The notes under the pieces were generated by a model that saw only the letters and a program-made list of their open reading frames with translations, was not told the origin of the DNA and made no database searches. A program made the position numbers and the translations under genes. A stretch of DNA of 64,000 nt. Origin: a virus. Every line of letters starts with the position of its first letter. The stretch's first letter is position 1. The DNA lies in IMG/VR virus record IMGVR_UViG_3300027969_000045; one strand, written 5' to 3'. Positions 57,458-64,000 of the stretch are shown here, piece by piece.

Positions 57458-58648
57458 ATGTCCCGTGGTAAAAACTTACAAGAAATGGAAACAGGCACTA
57501 CACAATCTCGTACTGCTGTAAATGCCAATGCAAAGGCAGCAGAACCAATGCAAAAGTTGAGCACAGGCATTCCTGATGGTCAAACTGGTAGTTGGGAAGA
57601 TCTTGGTGGACCAACACCAGAGAATTACAGATCAGATGATGATTCTGCTAAACTTAAAACTCCTGGTGCAACCCTTAAGCAAGTTAAGGATGTTGTAAAT
57701 AAAGGAGCAAAGCCAGCAGAAGCAATGAAAACTGGTGCGGTAAAAGAAGATTCTGAATATGATGATGAAGATGAAGAACTCCTAGAAGCTGCCGAAGAAG
57801 AAGATACCGAAGATGAAGACGAAAAGGCAGAAAAGAAAAAATCTTCCAAAAAATCTGAAAAAGATGATGATGATGAAGAAGATGAAGATGACGAAGAAGA
57901 TGGCAAGAAAAAAATGGATGAATCCATTAGCATCGAAGAAGATGTTGATGCTCTTCTTGCCGGTGAAGAACTATCTGAAGAATTTAGAGATAAAGCAAAG
58001 TTAATTTTTGAAGCAGCAATCAATTCAAAGATTTCTGAAATATATGAATCTCTAGAATCACATTATGAAAATCAACTTGTTGAGCAAGTTGAAGAAATCA
58101 AATCAGAATTGACTGAAAGAGTTGATTCTTATCTTGAGTATGTAGCCGATGAGTGGCTACAAGAAAATGCCCTTGTTGTAGAGCAAGGACTTAAAACTGA
58201 AATGACCGAATCATTCCTTCAAGGAATGAAGGGTCTTTTTGAAGAACATTATGTAACAATCCCTGAAGATAAATATGATGTAATCGAGAGTATGGTAGAT
58301 AAACTTGATGAAATGGAGACCAAACTCAATGAGCAAATCGAAAGAAATATTGCTCTAAACCAAAGACTAGCAGAATCGGTTGCCGATGTAATTTTAAGTG
58401 ATGTTTCTGAAGGTCTTGCGACCTCCCAGAAAGATAAACTCGCTTCCCTATCTGAAAGTGTTGAGTTTGAAAGTGAGGCAGACTATCGTGAGAAGTTAGC
58501 AACATTGAGGGAAGCATACTTTCCAAGAAATGCTGGCGCTCAAAGAGGGTATTCGGAAGTAATTTCTGAAGAAGCTGATTATACTCAACCAGTTTCTGGT
58601 GCGATGGAATCTTATCTTCAGACACTTTCCAGAGTTTCTAAAAAGTGA
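57458..58648 (+). CDS. gp22: Prohead core scaffold gp22
   Basis: LSEEF..KA..IFEAA; VDSYLEYV.DEW..EN; synteny. Confidence 0.95.
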   Translation: MSRGKNLQEMETGTTQSRTAVNANAKAAEPMQKLSTGIPDGQTGSWEDLGGPTPENYRSDDDSAKLKTPGATLKQVKDVVNKGAKPAEAMKTGAVKEDSEYDDEDEELLEAAEEEDTEDEDEKAEKKKSSKKSEKDDDDEEDEDDEEDGKKKMDESISIEEDVDALLAGEELSEEFRDKAKLIFEAAINSKISEIYESLESHYENQLVEQVEEIKSELTERVDSYLEYVADEWLQENALVVEQGLKTEMTESFLQGMKGLFEEHYVTIPEDKYDVIESMVDKLDEMETKLNEQIERNIALNQRLAESVADVILSDVSEGLATSQKDKLASLSESVEFESEADYREKLATLREAYFPRNAGAQRGYSEVISEEADYTQPVSGAMESYLQTLSRVSKK

Positions 58649-58696
58649 TTTTTAAATCATAAATCAAACTAACAATTTCCAAAAGAGGTAAAACAA

Positions 58697-60094
58697 ATGC
58701 AAATGTTCAATGCAGAACAATTGCAGGAGAAGTGGGCACCACTCCTTAATTATGAGGGTCTTGATAAAATCAAGGACTCACATCGCAGAATGGTAACCGC
58801 AGTCCTGCTCGAAAACCAAGAAAAATTCCAAAGAGAGGAGCGCGAGTTCCTTTATGAAGCCCCAACCAACTCAGCTGGTACTGGTGGTTTCTCAAATACT
58901 GGTACTGGAGCTGTTGCTACTGGACCTGTTGCTGGTTTTGACCCCGTTCTAATCAGCTTGATTCGTCGTTCTATGCCCAACTTGGTCGCTTATGACCTCG
59001 CTGGCGTACAACCAATGAACGGTCCTACTGGACTTATCTTTGCGATGCGTTCACGTTACACCAACCAAACTGGAACTGAAGCATTCTTCAACGAAGTAGA
59101 TACTTCATTCTCTGGTGAGAATGCAGGTCAGAACCTCACTGGTTCCTTCACTGATGGTGTTGCTGGTTTCGGTACTACTTCAAATCCAGCAGGTACAAAC
59201 CCAGGTCTTCTTAACCCAGTAGGAGTTGCGGCAACCAACACCTATGCTACTGGTCAAGGCATGAACACTGGCGATGCCGAAAATCTTGATGGTAGTGGCG
59301 CTAGTGCGTTCAACCAGATGGCGTTCTCAATTGAGAAAGTCACCGTTACTGCAAAGTCACGCGCATTGAAAGCTGAGTATTCACTAGAACTCGCTCAAGA
59401 CCTCAAGGCTATCCACGGTCTAAACGCAGAAGCAGAACTTGCTAACATTCTCTCAACTGAAATCCTTGCGGAAATCAACAGAGAAGTTATTCGTACAATC
59501 TACAAGATTGCTGAGCAAGGCGCTGCTGTTAATACTGCAACCGCTGGTATCTTTGACCTTGACGTTGACTCCAACGGTCGTTGGTCTGTTGAGAAGTTCA
59601 AGGGTCTTCTTTTCCAAATCGAGCGCGATGCTAACGCAATCGCACAAAGAACTCGTCGTGGAAAGGGCAACATGATCCTCTGCTCTGCTGACGTTGCTTC
59701 TGCACTCACCATGGCAGGTGTTCTTGATTACACCCCTGCTCTTAACGCTAATCTTAACGTTGATGACACCGGAAGCACCTTCGCTGGTGTTCTCCAAGGC
59801 AAGTATAAGGTCTATATTGATCCTTATTCTGCAAACGTATCTGCTAACCAGTACTACGTTGTAGGTTATAAGGGTTCTTCACCTTATGATGCTGGTCTCT
59901 TCTATTGTCCTTATGTTCCTCTCCAAATGGTTCGTGCCGTTGGTGAGAACAGCTTCCAACCAAAAATTGGATTCAAGACTCGTTACGGAATCGTTGCTAA
60001 CCCATTTGCTGAAGGCACCGCTCAAGGTTCAGGTCGTCTTCTTGCTAATGCTAACCGTTACTACCGTCGTGTACGTGTTGACAATTTAATGTAA
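58697..60094 (+). CDS. gp23: Major capsid protein gp23
   Basis: DPVLISLIRR.MP.L.AYD..GVQPM.GPTGLIFAMR; KSRALKAEYS.ELAQDLKAIHG; FQPKIGFKTRYG. Confidence 0.99.
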   Translation: MQMFNAEQLQEKWAPLLNYEGLDKIKDSHRRMVTAVLLENQEKFQREEREFLYEAPTNSAGTGGFSNTGTGAVATGPVAGFDPVLISLIRRSMPNLVAYDLAGVQPMNGPTGLIFAMRSRYTNQTGTEAFFNEVDTSFSGENAGQNLTGSFTDGVAGFGTTSNPAGTNPGLLNPVGVAATNTYATGQGMNTGDAENLDGSGASAFNQMAFSIEKVTVTAKSRALKAEYSLELAQDLKAIHGLNAEAELANILSTEILAEINREVIRTIYKIAEQGAAVNTATAGIFDLDVDSNGRWSVEKFKGLLFQIERDANAIAQRTRRGKGNMILCSADVASALTMAGVLDYTPALNANLNVDDTGSTFAGVLQGKYKVYIDPYSANVSANQYYVVGYKGSSPYDAGLFYCPYVPLQMVRAVGENSFQPKIGFKTRYGIVANPFAEGTAQGSGRLLANANRYYRRVRVDNLM

Positions 60095-60119
60095 GTCTTT
60101 CTCGCATCTCTTTTACAAG

Positions 60120-60145
60120 GGACCCCAATATGGGGTCCTTTTTTT
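60120..60145 (+). terminator. Intrinsic terminator after gp23
   Basis: GGACCCCA-ATA-TGGGGTCC-TTTTTTT. Confidence 0.9.
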
Positions 60146-60167
60146 ATGAAAATAAATAGAAATAAAA

Positions 60168-60716
60168 ATGTCCCAAACTCCTTGGTCTAAGCAATTATCA
60201 AATAGAAATTTTTTATCTCCAGTTGGATTCAAATTTTCTGTCACAAAATTGCCAAAAGTAGACTTCTTTTCAAATACAGCAGAAATTCCAGGAATTAATC
60301 TTGGTGTTGCGATGCAACCAACATACCTCAAAGACATTCCAGTTCCAGGTGATAAAATATCTTATGATGATTTTTCTTTAGAATTTTTTATAGATGAAAA
60401 TTTGGAAAACTATCTTGAAGTTCATAAGTGGTTAAGGGGACTTGGATATCCATATAGTATTCAAGAATTTATAGATTTAAAATCTAATGATGAGTATTTG
60501 CCAGATAATGCTGCCAAAAATTCATATAATGAATACTCCGATGCCACTTTATTCATCTACAATAGTAATTTTAATATCATATCGCAAGTTCATTTTAAAG
60601 ACTTATTTCCAATAAGTTTATCTACCGTTCAATTTAATTCAAAAGAATCTGACATCAATTATGTGACCGCAAGCGTCCAATTTAAGTATTCTATATATGA
60701 TATAGTTGTTTTATGA
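60168..60716 (+). CDS. gp3: Tail completion/sheath stabilizer gp3
   Basis: NRNFLSPVGFKF...PKVDFF...IPGI.LG; F.IDENLENY.E...WL. Confidence 0.9.
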   Translation: MSQTPWSKQLSNRNFLSPVGFKFSVTKLPKVDFFSNTAEIPGINLGVAMQPTYLKDIPVPGDKISYDDFSLEFFIDENLENYLEVHKWLRGLGYPYSIQEFIDLKSNDEYLPDNAAKNSYNEYSDATLFIYNSNFNIISQVHFKDLFPISLSTVQFNSKESDINYVTASVQFKYSIYDIVVL

Positions 60717-60719
60717 TTT

Positions 60720-61148
60720 ATGAATCTTGATGAAATTCAATCGTTATGGGAAGAAGACGCAAAGATAGATCCAGATAATTTACACGAAGAATCTATTAAG
60801 ATTCCTTCACTTCACGCAAAATATTATAAAATTTATAATAATATTCTTCTTCTTAAAAAATTAGAAGAAAACAAATTTAAAATATTAAAAAAAGAAAAAT
60901 GGATGTACTTTTCCGGAAAATCAGATCCGGAAGTTTATATAAAAAATCCATTTGATTATAAGGTATTGAGACAGGATATAGATAAGTATATGGATGCCGA
61001 TGAGGACATTTTAAAATCCATATCCAAAATGGAATACTACCAAACGATGTTAAGTTATTTGGATAGTATTCTGAAAACAATAATGAATAGGTCTTATCAA
61101 ATTAAAAATAGTATTGAATATATGAGGTTCACTGCAGGTTATGGTTGA
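60720..61148 (+). CDS. uvsY: Recombination mediator UvsY
   Basis: W.ED.KID...L..ES.KIP.LHAKY; I.NRSYQIKN.IE..RF.AG. Confidence 0.92.
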   Translation: MNLDEIQSLWEEDAKIDPDNLHEESIKIPSLHAKYYKIYNNILLLKKLEENKFKILKKEKWMYFSGKSDPEVYIKNPFDYKVLRQDIDKYMDADEDILKSISKMEYYQTMLSYLDSILKTIMNRSYQIKNSIEYMRFTAGYG

Positions 61149-62604
61149 TTTAATTATACAAAAAAAGAATGAAATTTATCTAAAGATAGAAGCAGAACCC
61201 CATATACATCAAGAGTTATTTGATTATTTTACTTTTGAAGTTCCTGGCGCAAAATTTATGCCTCAGTATAGAAACAAATACTGGGATGGAAAAATTCATT
61301 TATACAGCAATCACACTGGGGAAATTTATGCTGGACTACTTGATAAAGTTGTATCTTGGGCAAAAAAATCCGATTACAAAGTAGAGTTCAAACATAATAA
61401 ATTCTATGGAGATCCATTTGAAGAAAATGAAAATATATCCAAAGAAGGTGTAAAAGATTATATCAATTCAATTTGTAAATATTCTCCAAGAGACTATCAA
61501 ATTGATGGTGTTTATGATGCTTTGAAATATAATCGCAAACTTTTAATCTCTCCAACTGGAAGTGGAAAGAGTTTGATGATTTATTCTTTGGTTCGTTATT
61601 ATACTGACAAAGATCTAAACACTTTAATTATTGTTCCGACTACTTCTCTCGTAAGTCAAATCTATAAAGATTTTGAAGATTATGGATGGGATGTAGATAA
61701 GCATTGTCATCAAATTTATTCAGGAAAAGAAAAACAAACAGATAAAAGTGTAACTATTTCAACTTGGCAAAGTCTCTATAAGATGGATAGAAAGTTCTTT
61801 AATACTTTTGATACTGTCATCATAGATGAATGCCATCTTGCCCGTAGCAAGTCTATTACAGGCATTATGACAAAGATGGACGATACCAAATACAGATACG
61901 GATTCACGGGCACTCTGGATGGGTCTCAGACGCATAAATGGGTTCTTGAAGGATTGTTTGGTCCTTCTTACAAAGTCACACAAACAAAAGAACTCATAGA
62001 AAAGGGTCATCTATCAAAATTAGATATTAAAGTTCTTTTATTGAAGCATAATCCACAAAAATTTGATGAATATGAAGACGAAATTCAGTATTTGATTACT
62101 CACGAAAAAAGAAATAAATTTATCAAAAATCTGACTTTGGATCTAAAAGGAAATAGTTTAGTTCTTTTTAATCGTGTGGAAACTCACGGACAACCTCTCT
62201 ATGAACTTATAAATAGTTCAGCATCAGATGAAAGAAAAATATTTTTTGTTCATGGTGGAGTGGATGCTGAGGAAAGAGAGCAAGTAAGAGCAATTACTGA
62301 AAAAGAAGATAATGCAATTATTGTTGCGTCTTATGGTACATTCTCTACTGGAATTAACATTAAAAACCTACATAATGTTATTTTTGCTTCCCCCTCAAAA
62401 TCCAGAGTTAGAAATTTACAATCAATTGGTAGAGTTCTAAGGACAAGTGAAAGTAAAACAAAAGCAGTATTATATGATATAGCGGATGATACTACTTACA
62501 AATCAAAGAAAAATTATACATTGAATCATCTTGTAGAAAGAATTCGAATTTATAATGAAGAAAAATTTAATTATGAAATTATTCAAATAGACTTTAAAAA
62601 TTAA
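61141..62604 (+). CDS. uvsW: DNA helicase UvsW
   Basis: PRDYQ; SPTGSGKS; IDECH; FTGTL; ASYGTFSTGINI; LQSIGRVLR. Confidence 0.96.
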   Translation: MVDLIIQKKNEIYLKIEAEPHIHQELFDYFTFEVPGAKFMPQYRNKYWDGKIHLYSNHTGEIYAGLLDKVVSWAKKSDYKVEFKHNKFYGDPFEENENISKEGVKDYINSICKYSPRDYQIDGVYDALKYNRKLLISPTGSGKSLMIYSLVRYYTDKDLNTLIIVPTTSLVSQIYKDFEDYGWDVDKHCHQIYSGKEKQTDKSVTISTWQSLYKMDRKFFNTFDTVIIDECHLARSKSITGIMTKMDDTKYRYGFTGTLDGSQTHKWVLEGLFGPSYKVTQTKELIEKGHLSKLDIKVLLLKHNPQKFDEYEDEIQYLITHEKRNKFIKNLTLDLKGNSLVLFNRVETHGQPLYELINSSASDERKIFFVHGGVDAEEREQVRAITEKEDNAIIVASYGTFSTGINIKNLHNVIFASPSKSRVRNLQSIGRVLRTSESKTKAVLYDIADDTTYKSKKNYTLNHLVERIRIYNEEKFNYEIIQIDFKN

Positions 62605-62605
62605 A

Positions 62606-63004
62606 ATGTACGAAGAAGAATTTTACGCAGCTATAAAAATGGTATCCGGAGAAGAAGTTTTCTCAAAAGTTTGTCCTTGTGAAGAAGAAGATAGAACTAT
62701 CTTAATTTTAGACAATCCAGTTGTAATGGAAACTATTACCATGAAACAACTTGGAATGACCGCACTTAAAGTTGTTCCTTGGATGAAACTTACAGATGAC
62801 ACAATGTTTATTGTGGATATGGAAAAAATTATCACTATGACGGAAGTAAATGAATCTTCAATTATTAAAGTATATGAAAAATATATTAAAGATGTAAATA
62901 AAAAAACTAATAAATCAAAAATAAGTCCTAATATGGGATATATTTCTTCCATTTCTGAAGCTAGAATATCTTTGGAAAAACTTTATAAATCATCTAATAC
63001 TTAA
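62606..63004 (+). CDS. Conserved T4-like hypothetical protein
   Basis: IKMVSGEEVF; conserved position between uvsW and gp55. Confidence 0.8.
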   Translation: MYEEEFYAAIKMVSGEEVFSKVCPCEEEDRTILILDNPVVMETITMKQLGMTALKVVPWMKLTDDTMFIVDMEKIITMTEVNESSIIKVYEKYIKDVNKKTNKSKISPNMGYISSISEARISLEKLYKSSNT

Positions 63005-63018
63005 AGATATAACTTATC

Positions 63019-63066
63019 TATCAACCCTAACAGAGTGATTCTAACTGTTATCAAAACTAATGTCAA
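63019..63066 (-). promoter_or_regulatory. Leftward sigma70 promoter followed by ACTCTGTTAGGGTTGATA
   Basis: Minus strand TTGACA (63066-63061)-17 nt-TAGAAT (63043-63038)-C-motif (63036-63019). Confidence 0.75.
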
Positions 63067-63069
63067 GTC

Positions 63070-63099
63070 TTTACAGATAAAGAAATATTATGGTATAAT
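63070..63099 (+). promoter_or_regulatory. Sigma70-type promoter for gp55
   Basis: TTTACA-18 nt-TGg-TATAAT. Confidence 0.7.
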
Positions 63100-63125
63100 A
63101 GAGATAAATCAAAATTCATAAAATA

Positions 63126-63632
63126 ATGAAAGAAAGAAAAAATCCACATTATGTAAATAATAAAGATTTTCATGATGCCTTAATTGTATACAAAATGAAA
63201 ATTGATATTGCAAAGGAAAAATATTTCCAAAAATATGATAAGTATCCTCCAAACAATGGACCCTGGGAAGGAAAACCAAGAATACCAAATTATTTGGGAG
63301 ATTGCTTTTTGAAAATTGCTACACACCTTTCATATCGTCCGAACTTTGTAAATTATATGTTCCGCGAAGATATGATAAGTGATGGAGTGGAAAATGCAGT
63401 TCAATACATTCATAATTTTGATGTAGAAAGAACTAATCCATTTGCTTACTTTACTCAGATTGTTTATTATGCTTTTCTTCGCAGAATTCAAAGGGAGAAG
63501 AGGCAAATGGAAATTAAAGATAAACTAATTGAACGTAGTGGATTTGAAGAAGTATTTACATCAGATGAAAGTGGTTTTAATTCTGATTACAATACGATTA
63601 AAGATAATGTACATATTAAGATGAATCAATGA
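63126..63632 (+). CDS. gp55: Late-transcription sigma factor gp55
   Basis: HYVNNK.F; YLG.CFLKIATHLSYRPNFVNY..REDMI.DG.EN; NPFAYFTQI.YYAFLRRI.REK. Confidence 0.97.
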   Translation: MKERKNPHYVNNKDFHDALIVYKMKIDIAKEKYFQKYDKYPPNNGPWEGKPRIPNYLGDCFLKIATHLSYRPNFVNYMFREDMISDGVENAVQYIHNFDVERTNPFAYFTQIVYYAFLRRIQREKRQMEIKDKLIERSGFEEVFTSDESGFNSDYNTIKDNVHIKMNQ

Positions 63633-63732
63633 AACTTGGATTAAATAGAATCTTTATCCTAAGCATTGTCATTAATTATTTCTAACCGCAAAATATTATA
63701 AATATTTGTGATACTATGCAGTTAGAAAAACA

Positions 63733-64000
63733 ATGAAAACAGGAAAATACGCAAAATATACACCCGAAGAACGCAAAAAAATACAAGCAGAAAATTTGCG
63801 AAAAAATAAAGAAACAGCAAAAGAAAGAGGATACACTAGAAGAAATGCTGCTCGTGAAGAAGCAATTGAAGAAGGCAAAAAAACTTATGAAGGTCCTATT
63901 GCTTGTAAAAAATGTGGTAGTTATGAAAAGTATGTGTCTAGTAGGAATTGTGCTCCTTGTGCTATAAAATCTGGTTTAGAAAAACTTAATAATAAAGAGT
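63733..64000 (+). CDS. Partial ORF running off the window, probable zinc-binding (HNH-type) endonuclease
   Basis: MKTGKYAKYTPEERKK...KKTYEGPIACKKCGSYEKYVSSRNCAPCAIK; TATAAATA 63697-63704 upstream. Confidence 0.55.
   Translation, partial: MKTGKYAKYTPEERKKIQAENLRKNKETAKERGYTRRNAAREEAIEEGKKTYEGPIACKKCGSYEKYVSSRNCAPCAIKSGLEKLNNKE

Noticed and set aside
57740-57920. GAAGAT/GATGAT runs in gp22 (also 480-535 and 56160-56235) as DNA repeat elements
   Set aside because: Explained by acidic low-complexity protein linkers
19236-62952. Numerous short minus-strand and alternate-frame ORFs in the structural region (e.g. 57625-58023, 38813-39235), and similar ones in the early region (e.g. 3159-3668)
   Set aside because: They are shadows of well-supported plus-strand genes, with low-complexity translations and no independent signals

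Overview
This is a 64 kb segment of a T4-like myovirus, most likely a cyanomyophage (Kyanoviridae-like). The call rests on gene content and order and on TATAAATA late promoters. The window has three parts. (1) 1-16.1 kb is an early/accessory region of about 45 small genes, nearly all on the + strand. It includes a metallophosphoesterase, an SF2 helicase, ArdA-like and DUF2786-like proteins, two tRNAs, an McrA-like HNH protein and four free-standing homing endonucleases. It is punctuated by 10 copies (plus a half-site at 16.4 kb) of a TGTGCCA-N10-TGGCACA palindrome placed 28-30 nt upstream of an extended -10 box. (2) 16.1-17.4 kb has no genes. It holds a 52-bp tandem repeat, divergent promoters, eight DnaA-box matches (seven of the cyanobacterial TTTTCCACA type) and iteron-like repeats, and is a candidate origin or DnaA sink. 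(3) 17.4-64 kb is the conserved late module (gp25, gp6, gp7, gp8, a large virion protein, gp13-gp23, gp3), then uvsY, uvsW, gp55 and the start of another probable endonuclease. The most notable signals are the palindrome-promoter cassette array, a two-hairpin small-RNA architecture antisense to the 5' end of two unrelated endonuclease mRNAs, the DnaA-box cluster, a shared +1 motif at distant sigma70 promoters, and a T4-type capsid-targeting sequence on a multidomain protein. All calls come from reading the sequence; no database searches were run.
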